Shown here piece by piece: positions 49,250 through 61,620 of a stretch of 64,000 nt of DNA. The notes beneath the pieces were generated by a model. It did not search any database. It saw only the letters and a program-made list of their open reading frames with translations, and was not told where the DNA came from. Position numbers and translations under genes: made by a program. Positions within the stretch are counted from its first letter, which is position 1. Every line of letters starts with the position of its first letter. This DNA is from Glaucostegus cemiculus (lineage: Eukaryota), in NCBI GenBank assembly GCA_976551045.1, contig CDPCPM010000114.1, positions 620,001 to 684,000 on the forward strand. Direction: 5' to 3'.

Positions 49250-52200
49250 TGCCAAGTGTTTCTGTGGAGTTAGGTTTCACTGACTTAATTTGCTCAAAGG
49301 CGCTGCACGTGAATTCGAACGGGGATTACCTTGGATTGATTATGGAACGTAAAAATGGCCCAAGGGTAGAGTGGAAGTAATCGTCCGAGTTGGCCAACAG
49401 CACAGCCACAATGTCCATTAGTGGTGTTTGTATCTACTCACAACATTTGCCTATAGCGATTGGAAATGTGAAAAAGTTAATTGATTTAGATTGCGTAATT
49501 TTGGGGAAACAGTAGGGAAATAATACTAATTGGACCCTACACACATTCAGTGGGCTAGATGATTTCCTGCTGTACTGTATGATTCAATTACTCTATTTAC
49601 GGCAGCTTTAGCCCTACCCTTGCGGAAAATGGGTGCCTTCACAGTTATGGAGTGGTGCACCATTTTACGTGTGTGAGTGCATGAGTTGACGTCAGAAAGT
49701 TCACTTCTCTGAATTAATGTTCCTCTTTCCTCTGAAGAGATTAAAAATTGCCCTTAAGGAAAAGAAGGAAAACAGAAACCGAGTAAATAAACCATCTTGA
49801 TGAATTTTGGTCAGTTTTTAACAACCAGCTGTAATAATATTTAAACAGAGGTAAACTGCGAATGAGAGCGATGCAATGCCCAAGTATCTTTTTGACAACA
49901 GAGACCTACAGGTGACCCAGAAAAATGCTGGCGATACCACATTTCCCAAAATATGGGTCGCTGTATTTTCAATCTGCAGTCACCCAGGGTCTTGTCTACC
50001 TTCGAGTAGTAACTATTTGTGGCAGGATATAAAATAAAAATATTGAGCAGGTAGTAAGGTGGATAGAAAACATCCGCTATAAATTGCCTGGTTATGACGT
50101 CATAGGTAGGTGTCTCAGCGGTGAAAACATTTCCCTCCAGTGCAGCAACCCAAACTACTTGGTGCCGAGAAAGGAAAATAATCGAAACAATGATCTGTAG
50201 GTTACTTGTAATATCCGGTCACTCTTTATTGGTGTACGTCAAACGTAGTTAAGTTTGGGTAGTATTTATTGTTTACTTAAAAAACACATAAGTTTAATAG
50301 TTAGAGAATTCTTACGCGTATTTCACCTGGAAACATGCTTCAATTTTGATTTTAAAAACTTGCGTCTAGCCTGTAGAATGCAGAAATATAATGCAGCTAG
50401 CTTGATCTTTAAATGCAAACCGGAGAGTTGAAAGACCTCGTGGCAATCACCCATCCCTGAGTGCAAGGAAAGCAATCGCTTCAGTGCGAGTATTGTAAAC
50501 TGACGGGCGTTGGGTTCGCTGTTTACACACTTGTGTCCGGATATCAGGAAGCTGTCAGTGTTGTATAATGCATTTATTTAGGAGGCATTCGCCTTCAGTA
50601 GTACTGCTGTTCAGCCTTACTCCTCGACCTATTTCTACTCCTTTAATACGTTACTTCTAAAAAGAAATTAATGATTTACAATAAATACGCTAATAGGGTG
50701 AATTTAATCTGTCAATTGATCCTTCAGATGCTTCATAACCTAGCAGGGCCTTATTTTTTTACATTAATATTTTATGAATTTTACTGGCATTATCAACTGC
50801 CATACTTTTTTCCCGGAAGTATGTTGCTTCTCTGGAAAACTCTATTTGGTACCGTGGTTCGAAAGGTGCAGGTACTGACATCTTTGTTTTTCCTCTCCGC
50901 TGGTTCGTTGAAAAACTTTCCTCTGATCCTGATCTTGCAGGGGCAATGCATTGCAGAAGGCTTAAATTAATCATATATCTTAACATTTTTATTGTTTTTT
51001 TGTATGGGGAGATTGGTGGAAGACATCATTTCGTACCTAAAATATACCTGTTGCTGTTATTTATTAGCAATGTATTTACAGTTTTCACAGCTTTTGACAT
51101 TGATAAGTTTGCATTACCTCCTACTTGTCGGGGGGAGATGTTTTGACAACACGCACTAGTTAATAAATTACAGACCGAGTAGTGAATATGCTTCAGTTAT
51201 GAATTTGATTGTTCGGTGTGGCTTTTATTTTAAAAATTCACGATACTGTTTCGGGGCAGTCAAGGAATTGATAGAATCTAGTGTTAAATTGATAGCTGAA
51301 TGTTTCCAGCCTTCTGCAGTCAAATTCATTGGACGTTATAGCGAACATCATTGGGTTTCATTAACTCAGCTTGTAGTTTATTAAATGGTGTACTTTCAAC
51401 TCTCTGCAATGCAGATCTCTTTCAACGGCTGGCTTTTCATGAATATACCGCTTCATTATCCATGGGACCTGCTGGAAAGTGCAGCGTGATACATGGTAAA
51501 AGTTCCTTTATTATCGCCCTGATGTGCAAGGAGAACAATAGGAGCAAATATGCCTGTGTTCAAAATAGCTACATTTCCTGTTCAAAGGTTTTCCTTTATT
51601 GTAGCGATTTTAAAAAAAAGATTTCTCTACATGAGACTCTTCATCTTTTCAATGGATAAGCCTTGAGGTTGGTCTCTTCCATTATTTATTGCCTACCTCA
51701 CACTGAAAAAGAGCTAGTTTCTACCGACAATTTTGCCATTTAATCTTCAAATTGCGTTCCCGTGATGGATTTGATAGACCGGTCGAGCTTTCCATTAGCA
51801 TCACTGTCGGGATTCTTCGTTGTAGGCACGGTGAAATTTTTGTCTGTGCAGTGCAGCTCGGGTCAACGGGAGGCTTTGCAGTGCTAACCGCCCCAGGCGA
51901 CCATTAGCCATGACTGGGTAAGCGCTCCCTCTACCTGCTGACACGCCATTACTCATTGTGCTCCTGCAACTCTGTTCCATCACATCATACGAGAGTTTAG
52001 TATAGGGTAAACCGCACGAGTAGATAAAACCAGGGTGTGAAATAAACGATCAGGTTTCCGCATTTATCTGAGCACTTCTCATAATCACCAGGGATAAATT
52101 GCTCTGCAGAGATGATTTTGTTGCATGCCACAGTTTTACCTTTCCAGAACCTAGCTTTTCAAATCCACTCATGACCACCAAACCACACCCCCACTTCCAA

Positions 52201-52500
52201 CAATCGTGTACTGATAGGCTGATTATAATCAGTCAAAACGAAGACCAGCAAACTTTGCTCGATAAATCGCCTGAAATGTGTGCATTTTACAGTTTCACCT
52301 TCCATAGAGAGTACATTATATTAAGCAAAATAAAAAGGAACACAAAATGCTGCAATTGTTCAGCAGATCAGACTGCATCTGTGGAGCGAGAAATAAAGTT
52401 CAATACATGTGATACATTAAACTTGACCTTACTTGTTTACAATGGAAAACGATGTTACTGGTTATTCATTTATGGCTCGGCAGTTGTAATAGCATTTGAA
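49250..52500. promoter_or_regulatory. CpG-retaining block 5
   Basis: CG retained in an AT-rich background; full CRE palindromes TGACGTCA at ~49687-49694 and ~50095-50102; GCCATGACTGG|GTAAGC at 51907-51923. Confidence 0.55.
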
Positions 52501-52619
52501 CTTCAGTGCACTGGTGAGGTTGTGATAACAGGTGCAATCTCTCAGGCAAGACATTAGACCAGGCCTCCATTGACCTGACAAATTAGACTAATGCCTAGGA
52601 GAATGCTTGGTTTGGGATA

Positions 52620-53760
52620 AAAGAAATGATATGTGTTTTTTATAGCACTTTTCTTGATGTCAGGATATCCCAAGACACTCTACATCCAATAATACACTTT
52701 GAGTGTAGCCATTGTTCTAATGTAGAGTAATATGGCAGCCAATATGTGCACCACATTCTGCACAAAAGTCAATGAAATATTGACTAGATGATCTGCTTGA
52801 GTGATTGATGGCCAGGGCTACACAGGAATATCTTCTCTCATGGAGTCATACAGCATGGAAATGGGTCCTTTTGGCCGAACTGGTTCATGTTGACCACAAC
52901 ATTCTCCCTGCCTTCCCAGTTGCCCACATTTGGCCCATAACCCTCCAAGCCCCTCACCTCCATGTACCTATCCAAATGTCTGTTAAATGTTGCAATTTTA
53001 CCCACCTCAACCACTTCCTCTGGCAGATCATTCCAAGTACTCATACCCTCCATGTATAGAAGTTACCTCTCAGGTCTCTTTTTTAAATAATTGCTCTCTT
53101 ATCTTGTATCTGTGCCCTCTAGTTTTGGACTCCCCAATCTTGGGGAAAAGACAATGACTGTCCACCTTATCCATGCCCCTCATGATTTTCTAAACTTCAA
53201 TGACCTCATTCTCCTACGCTACAAGGAATAAAGATCCAGTGTGGTCAACCTCTCCCTATGACTCAGGCCCTCTAGTCCAGGCAGCATCCTTATAAATATC
53301 TTCTGCCACTTCTCCAGCTTGACAATGTCTTTCCTGTAACAGGGTGACCGAAAATGATTTATATAACTGCAACATAATGTCCCTGCAACTAAACTCAATG
53401 CCCTGACTGATGAAGGCCAGCATGCTAAATGCCTTCTTAACCACCCTGTCTACTTGTGTGGCCACTTTCAGTGAACTGTGCACTTGTACTCCCAGGTGCT
53501 TCTGTTCTACAACACTCATCAGTGCCTTCTCCAATAGTGCCATGGGATCACTTATTCTCACCTGTGAGGATAGACAAGAACTGGTTTAATGTCTTGCTTG
53601 AGAGATGTCATTCCTTTTATCACAATCTTAGTGCTGCACTAAAATGTCGGTCTAGTTCACCTGACAGTAAGACTGCCATCGTGGAGTCAAGGATGACAAC
53701 TAATAGGAATGGAGGTAACACATACTCATGTGGGTGCATGCTTTCAAGCTTCAGTCACAA
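52620..53760 (-). mobile_element. DeuSINE/SacSINE-type SINE split by a CR1 insertion
   Basis: The left part 'tatagcacttttc...tcccaagacactctaca...atggcagccaat...ggccagg...cttctc' continues as 'cttctccaatagtgccatgggatc...cacctg...ggtttaatgtct' after 53526. Confidence 0.7.
52838..53525 (-). mobile_element. CR1 3' fragment with 6-bp TSD
   Basis: The minus ORFs read KHLGVQVHSSLKVATQVDRVVKKAFSMLAFISQGIEF and WNDLPEEVVEVGKIATFNRHLDRYM; flanked by CTTCTC (52832-52837 and 53526-53531). Confidence 0.92.
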
Positions 53761-53929
53761 TCCTGCTTTTACTTCCAAATATGCTTTTTAATGATTTTTT
53801 AAAAAATTAAGTTTATAATGACTGTCTTTTCCACAAGACGACAATAATCTGGAACCTTCAGAGTTAGAAAGAGTGTCACTGTGATGTCAAAATACTTTAC
53901 AAGTCAGAAAGGTGAGCACCAAACAGAGC

Positions 53930-54320
53930 AAAAGGTGACTGCATTTATAAAGCATCTTTTCCATCCATGGGATTCAGCAAAATTCTATGTTGCCAATCTT
54001 TGAAATAACAGCATTTGTGTTTTGGGCAAACTATTCACACATCAAGGCTCTACAAACAGTGAAAGTGATAAATAATCCACAGCTCTATGCTGATCATGGC
54101 TGAGAGATGAATATTGAACAGAATGCTAGGAAACGTCTCTGTTAAAATTCACATGATGCCAGAGTATTATATTTATGCTCTGACTTCGTTCAGTTTAAGT
54201 TCAATTTCTGAAAAAAATGTCTTTGGCAAAGGGGCATTCCCAGTGGTTCATTGAAACATCAACATTTGCAAACTGCTCCAAACTTAGCAACAGAATTGAA
54301 CCCATGAATTAGAAACAATA
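53930..54320 (-). mobile_element. Decayed DeuSINE/SacSINE-type SINE
   Basis: 'actgcatttataaagcatctttt...ggctgagagatgaatattgaacagaatgctaggaa...tgccagagtat...cagtttaagttc...gcattcccagt...ttgaaccc'. Confidence 0.5.
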
Positions 54321-55954
54321 TATTGGTTGAAGAAATGTATCAAAGAAAGAACTATTTGAGAGGAAATTGTAAGCTAGTGGAATAGAGTGAAGACCATGAG
54401 ATTTTGGAACAATTCCAAATGACTGAAGCATGAGTTTAAAGATGAACAAGCCTAAGATTAGATGGCAAAAAATGGCTGGAAAGGAATAGTTGAAGCTGAT
54501 TTCAGAAGTAGGAGTGATATGACACGGAGGATTTGAAAATGAGGATCTGAATTCATAAGGGATTCATTGGAATACTGGGTGGCAGTGGGATGTGGGTACG
54601 GGGTGGTTGTGAGGATGAGAGTAATATCAGGATAGTTAAGGAATTTTGGATTAATTGTAAATGCTGGAAATCTGAAACCAAAATGAAAAGCATATTAGAT
54701 CCAACAATTGGGGAGATAAGATAACTTAGTGTAAGATGGAGGATGATGTAGAACAGGGGCATGGACAAATATCAGCAACATATTTATGAAATTAAACAGA
54801 ACAATAAACAACATAAAACAGTAAAGTATTTGAAGTTACCAGTATGTGTAGGGAGAAACTAGCTGGAAATTGCAGAGGCAGACAAACTAGGTTGGACTAT
54901 GCTGGGCTTTGGGGTAAAACTAAAAGAAAACTAAGAGTGTAAACTCTTCTCCATCATCAGAGAGCTGTACTCTACTAGGATTCCATCCTGTAATGTCAAC
55001 CACTCCTTGTTTGTGCTGCTGTAAAGGAAACATAGGCTATGGATGAGTGTTATTGTTAAGTTTCTAAAGCCGATCTTCAAGTCAGATGACTAAAATGTGC
55101 ACATGAACTCTTTATATGATTGGAGAATGTGCCCCACTAGGTTCAGATTGAGGGATTGACAATGCTCAGAATGATACAGTTATGCAAGATAGTTTAAGGT
55201 TTTTGTTATTGAGCTGTATGATGGTACAATTTATTTCAGTAGTTAATGTGAAAACAGTAATGCTGGAAAGAAAGCTTAAGTCCATGACTTGATGTCTGGT
55301 GCTACAGTTACAGTACTTGTGTCAGTAGTGATGAATTGGTGGAGCTGAATGCATATGTGGATATTGATCATACTTGCCAATGATTTTGCCAAAGGGTAGC
55401 ATGCAGATAATGAATAGAAGCAGTCCAAAGTGCCCCATGGCAAAACAGAAATGATGTGCATACAGGAGAAACTATTTGATGATAGTTTCAGGAGAGGTAG
55501 GAATGGAAAAGCAAGAGCAGTGCCGCCAATGTGGACTACATAAGGAAGTTAAAGACTGGAATGTTTTAGATGTTGGCGAGTTTAAACAAGATGATTTCTG
55601 TGGTGGAGGTTAATTGGAACTGTCATTGGATGAACTTAGTGGGAACACGAAGAAAGATGAGCATGTATTTTAATGTGGAAAGCATGTATTGACTTCGTGA
55701 GAGGGCAATGATAGATGTTCACTGAATGAGGGCATGATGAAGGTTCTGAGAAGGTTCTGAGATCAGCAATTGAAGTAATGGATAAATGGGAGACGCCATG
55801 AATATAGGGCTGCAAAGGAAATAAAGAATGGCTGAATGGAATGCCCTGATCTTAAATGCAAATGATCCATTCATCTAATATAGGTAAGAATTAAGCATGT
55901 TATTGAGGGATCTTGGTGGAATTTGAAGTAGAATTGCCACTTTTCATTCAAAAT

Positions 55955-56292
55955 CAAAAAAATACACATTCTGGAAATCTAAGATATAAACAGAAAATTT
56001 TTGGAAACACTCTGCAGGTCAGACAGCATCTGTGGAAATAGAAGCAGCATTACCATTTCACATTAGACCTTCATGGGGTTAACTATCTATCTGCTTTGTT
56101 GTTTGCCATGTATCCTCATGTGTAAAGTGCATGGATGAAAGAATTACAAAGATAATGGTCAGCATGGGAAACTGTCTAGTGGTGAGGAAAATAGTTATTG
56201 GAGACAAGGGATAGATTCTGACAAAAGATCTTTGACCTGAAATGTTAACTCTGTTTCTTTCCACAAGCCTGACTTGTTGAGTATTTTCTTTT
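55955..56292. repeat. Inverted pair of Penelope-type terminal repeats separated by ~140 bp
   Basis: Antisense unit 'ctggaaatctaagatataaacagaaa...caggtcagacagcatctgtgg' at 55971-56075; sense unit 'ctgacaaaagatctttgacctgaaatgttaactctg' at 56218-56292. Confidence 0.7.
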
Positions 56293-57210
56293 AGTGAGCA
56301 TGGTTTTGTGTATGGGAAATTTTGCCTCACAAATTTAATTTTTTTAATTTGAGAAGGTTACTAAGAAAAATAATGAAGGCAAGGCAGTAGTTGTGGTATA
56401 CATGGACTTATTAATGAATTTGACAAGACACCGTAGCAAGGACCAGAAAGTTAGGGCACATGGGTCCAAGATGTCTTGGCAAACTGGATCCAAAATTGGC
56501 TTGGTGATGGGAGGCAGATGCAACCCTCCATGGAGGGTTGTTTTTCTGACTGGAAGTCTGTAAGCAGTGATGTAGTACATGGGTCGGTGCTTGGACCTTT
56601 TATTTCTCATGTATATAAATGACTTAGACAAAAATGGTGACACAGGTGGGTTGGATAGTGAAGAAAGTGTTTTAGTTGCTTGCCTTTATGGACGGGTACT
56701 GAGTATAAGACTTGTGACATCCTGTTACAACTGCACAAGACATTGGTTAAGTCACACTTGGAATATTGTGTACAGTTCTGGTCACTGAACTACAGAAAGA
56801 ATAAGAGTGTAGACAAGATTCACCAGGATGTTGCCTGGAATGGAGGGCTTTAGTTAGCAGGAGAGATTGGATAGGCTGGGATTGTTCTCACTGGAGCACA
56901 GGAGGCTAATAGGTAACCTTATAGAGGTTTATAAAATTACAGTAGATAGTCACAGTCTAAAACTATACAGGACACAGATTTAAGATGAGAGGGGGAATGC
57001 TTGAAGGATATCTGAGGGACATTTTTCACACAGTGAGTGGCGGGTTTGTGGAACCCGCCACTCACTGTGGTACATGGTACATGGATAAAAAAGGAATAAA
57101 TGGATAAGGACCAAATGCAGGAAGATGGGATTAGTGTAGCTGGGCATCTTGATAGACATGAACAAATTGGGCTGAAGTGCTTTTTTCCATGCTGTATGAC
57201 TGACTCTATC
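56293..57210 (+). mobile_element. Decayed, internally deleted CR1 RT plus 3' end
   Basis: 'cagcatggttttgtg'-like start, 'tatataaatgacttagac' (YINDLD), 'cacttggaatattgtgtacagttctggtc' (HLEYCVQFW), 'ttcaccaggatgttgcctgga' (FTRMLPG), and tail 'gctgtatgactgactct'. Confidence 0.88.
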
Positions 57211-59874
57211 TCGGCTTGTACAGAATTTGGTTCTGCATTATTCAGGGGCAAATTGCATTATGTAGGCCCGAGTAGAGAGGGTTAGGGTGTTCATGGATAA
57301 TGGATAAAATTATGAGAGCTAGAGGAGGATCAACAGACTGGAAATAGGGCAAGCTGAATTTTATTGTGGATTAAAGTCACTTGATGACCAGTAATCAAAA
57401 CAGTGATGAGGTGTGGGCAAGCATATGGGAATACTGCTAAGAAGGAATCAAAGGCTTCAAGTAAGGATAATAGATGATAAAGATATGAAGGCAATTTAGG
57501 AAGGATGATAGTGAGGTGTTGAAATAAGGAAAATATGCATGGAGAAACAAGGGGGATAAATTGAGGTGAATGATGTTCTATCTGCACTCTTTGAGTAAAG
57601 CTTCAATTTAAAATGTCAAGCTAACAGTTTATAGTATTGCTGTTGCACATGTTGTTAATCATTCGTAAGTTTCCAAATAAAATCTGTAGTATTTGCTGAA
57701 GGTAAATATTTGCTGAGAAGAATCTGATGAGCAAAATGCATTTAGTAAATTATGCTATTCATGAAGGGAAACATGAATTTAAATTCATGTAATTTTTTTG
57801 TGATGTCCCAAAGAATTTCACAACCAGTGCTTTATTTTTAAGTTATGTTACTTTGTTTTAAATTTGCATTCAGTAAATTTTATTTAACTTTAACAATATA
57901 TAATAGATTGTAGCAAATAATTGTGTGTTGATTATAGTGGATGTTAACTGACAATCTATGACTAAAGTCTGATCAGCCTTTTAGCTCCTAGGCTGATAGT
58001 AATAAGTACAACCTGTGACTGGACAAATGCGGCAGCTGGGCAATCAGTAACTAACATGAGAATCTTTAAAAGTATTGTTTACTGCAGTTGAACGTAAAGA
58101 AGAAAGTCAGATGAGCACTTGGTGATGGTTTGTAGGACCAGAGGTGGAAGGAATACTGTCAAAAGATGGAAGAATTAGTCAAGATTTGACTCAGAGTTGA
58201 GATGGGAGCCACTCTGTCTTTTTTACCCATGGCAGTGCCATGAAGGGTGACCAAGAAAAACAGTGTGACAGGTCAGTCTAGGCCTGCAGAAACAATGAAT
58301 GAAAGGACAGGAAGACAAAGGGAACCTGACTGGAAAACATCAGGCAATGGACTACAGCCTCTCTATTCAAGCTGCTCCAGAAGTCCCAAGACTGTGCATG
58401 TTGCAGGCTATTAACTGCATGGACTTCCAAAGGGGCAACCTTATGATCAAATTGGACATGAGAATTGTTGTAGTAATAGGCATAATTTAGTCTTGCCTTT
58501 GCTCTATCTGATGTTTGATTTGATCTAACCAAAACTAGATTCAAATTCATACAGTTGGTTTTATGGCAGCAGAACTAATCAAACAAGCTATTTAGTGTAC
58601 AAATTACCATAATATTGGAATTAATTCTGCAATAACACAGTAAATCACTCTTATGTAATGGTGCCAATACATTACATCTATTCAGGATGGTGGTGTTCTT
58701 TTTGGGGGCAATTATAATTATTGAAGCCCAGTAACCAGCATCCACTGTGATGTTATAATATCATGACATACAAAAGAGCAAGGATGCTTTGTTGTTATTG
58801 AGCTGCTATTGTTGCAGTTGACTTACACCAGTAGTAGATTGTTGAGTGCTTGTCCAAGTGGAGAGCACGCTGAGGGCATTGTAGCTTCTTCTGCAACTTG
58901 AGAGCTCCATTCTACATGCACAGACAGAATTTGAATTTACTTGATGGTCCAATCACTGATTAGATGAGAAGGTGAAAAACCACTTTGCTCTGTACTGCTA
59001 ACTCTCATTAAGTTAGAATAAGCATATGACAGCATGTGTACAGGCCTTGTCTATGAGGACTTGTCAAGGTACTGCAGCAGATGAAGAGTGATGATACCTT
59101 TTGTCACACATTTCAGGTGATTTAAAATAACCTTTATTGTACAGCTTAGAGTTCTTATCAGTAAAATGGGGCAAGTATTAAATAAAATTATTAAAAGTTA
59201 CTTATTTGTTTCCTGAACAATTACTGGAAAACACAAATTTGTATAAAATAAAATATTCTGTATTGTCACTTAATCAATTAAATTAATCAGTAACTTAATT
59301 ACATTTTGCATTGCTTAGAACAGTAGAGTTAAAATAGTGCAGCTATTTAACAAAGCTGCAAGACTACAACTTTGGTTATTTTTGAGGTGACCTATTCACT
59401 TTTTATTCTTACCCACTGAAGTTTGATGGGTATAATCTATGTCCTCACTGCCAGGTCTTTGGGAACTATTATTATTAAACAATCAGCATGTAGTCTTATT
59501 TGTTTACTTTTCATTCCTCCCACCTTGAACAAAAATTAATTGCCTCTAATTTAACGCAAACTTGAAAAAAAAATGCAGTGAACAATCTGTGCTTGCTGGG
59601 AGCTAATCTTGCTAAAATAATCATAGAATGAAAAGGTAATCAATAGAATAAAGTAAGGCTTATTGGGATGAATTTGTTCTCAGTAACTTTAATGTTTGAC
59701 AGACAAAGCATTGACTTGCATGCCACATGGATGAAAATGACTTCCTTAATCTCCTTGAATAAAAATCAGTTGAAGAGAGAAATTAGAAATTCGTCATGCC
59801 AAATCTTCAAGTATCTGAGAAAGAACATTTGCATTCAGTGGCTAGCTAGAGATCTGCTGTCCTCATTTAAACAT

Positions 59875-60480
59875 TAGAAATAGTGGCTAGAGTAGGTCAT
59901 ATGGCACTGCATACCAGCTATGCCATTCAAAAACATCATGGCTGATCTGATCTGATGATGGAGTTAAATCCATTTACATGCTGTTCTACACAATCCTTGA
60001 CTCCCATTTAGCCCAAAAATCCACCTATCTCAGCCTTGAATACATTCAGTGATTAACACTCCACAGGTGTGTGGGGTAGAGAATATTATGATTTACTATA
60101 TTCATCACTTATACTTCCTTAATAATAGATTGCAGCAATTCCCAATGACAGATGTTATTCAAAAATTAGTAACTAATATAATTAAATAAAGTCATCATAT
60201 TTTTATGAAAGGGAAATAGTGTTTGACAAATCTAAAGATCTTGAAGGATGTAACAAGCAGTGTACATAAAGGGGAACTAGTAGATGTAGTGTATTTGGAT
60301 ATGGTGTCTTGCTTTCTGTCAGTCTCCTTTCTTGAATAGAGGTGTTACGTTTGCAGTCTTCCTGTCCACTGGGACCTCTTTAAAATGTAGAGGCTCAGCA
60401 ACCACTTCTTTTCAGACTATTGGATGCAGACCAGCAGATTCTGGGATATATCGCCATTTAATCCCATTTATTTTACTCAA
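59875..60480. mobile_element. Three short CR1 fragments in mixed orientation
   Basis: A minus 3' end 'gagtaggtcat...ccattcaa...catggctgatct' at 59875-60090; a plus RT piece 'aaagggaaatagtgtttgacaaatc...gatgtagtgtatttggat' at ~60200-60300; and a minus piece at 60305-60480. Confidence 0.65.
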
Positions 60481-60639
60481 AGATTACATTGGATTCACAA
60501 GACAAGATGCAGGCTTCCACATCCAAATAAAGCTGCCAAGTTAAGTAGTTCCATAGGTCTGAAAGGTATATTGAGAAATATGATGATTTATCTTTTTTTT
60601 CTCTTTGTTACTTAGCAACCATGCATTGTTTCTAATTTT

Positions 60640-61620
60640 ATTTCATGGGGTGTTGATATTGCTGATATGACCAGTGTTTATTGGCATTCCTAATTTGCTG
60701 CTTTAAGCCACTTGTAATTGGTGAAGATACTTCCATATTAGATAAGGTGTTCCTGGATTTTGAACAAACAAGGATATAGGAATGATACCATACTTCCAAG
60801 TCAGGATCGTACGTGACTTGAAGGGAAATTTGTTTAGGATGATGTTCTTATGCATCTTTGCTCATCCCTTTAATCATGGGATATGTGGGCTTGGGAGATA
60901 CTGTTGAAGAAACCTCAATGTTGTTATAATGCATTTTGTAGATGCTACACACTGCAGCATTGGTGGTGGAGAGAGTGAATACTTGAAGTATTGGAGGGGG
61001 CATTAATCAGCTGCGTTCTTTTGTCATCAATAGTATCAAGTTTCACAAATGTTGTTAGAGCTGCACTTTCCAGGTATGTGGGGAATGTTCCATTACACTC
61101 TTGACTTGAGTGTCTAGGTGGGGAAAAAGGTCTGGGAGTCATGAAATTAATCTTATTGAAGAATATCCAGCTTTCGACCTGCTGTTGCAGCCACTGTATT
61201 TGTATGGCTGGTCCAAGTTAGGTTCTAATTAATGGTGACCCTTAGGATTTTAATGGTCAGGGATTCAGTTTGTGGTAGAGCCATTGAAAATCAAGAAGTA
61301 GGGTTAGCTTTCCTTCTTGGGTAGTGTCCTTCATCAACAATTGAGTGGCACCAAACCATTTGTCAGCCCAAGCCTTGCTGCATGAGGGCACTGATTATTT
61401 CATTATCTGACCATTGTCTTTGTGCTGCAAGGAAGATCATCGATGAAGCAGATGAAAATGATTAGACCTTGATTACTCTGAGGAACTCCTCTTTGGAGCT
61501 GAGATAAATGCCTCCAAAAACTTTAACCATCTTCATTTGTGCCAGGTGAAACAGTAGCCAACAGAGGGATTGCCTTTGATGTACACCGATTTTAATTTGA
61601 CTAAGGTTCCTTGATGCCCT
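60640..61620 (-). mobile_element. Old CR1/Jockey-group LINE 3' portion
   Basis: The minus ORF reads SAALTTFVKLDTIDDKRTQLINAPSNTSSIHSLHHQCCSV; the 3' end 'ccagtgtttattggcattcctaatttgc' is shared with the 13070 and 13970 copies. Confidence 0.72.

Noticed and set aside
52099-52557. 152-aa plus-strand ORF
   Set aside because: Non-ATG start, runs through a decayed terminal-repeat unit (~52325-52410), and shows no recognisable domain or splice context.
28090-58535. Partial matches to known miRNAs (agctggtaaa ~28093, taggcacggtgaa ~51823, ttgatctaacca ~58520)
   Set aside because: The matches are short and break within the mature sequence, and I see no flanking pre-miRNA hairpin.
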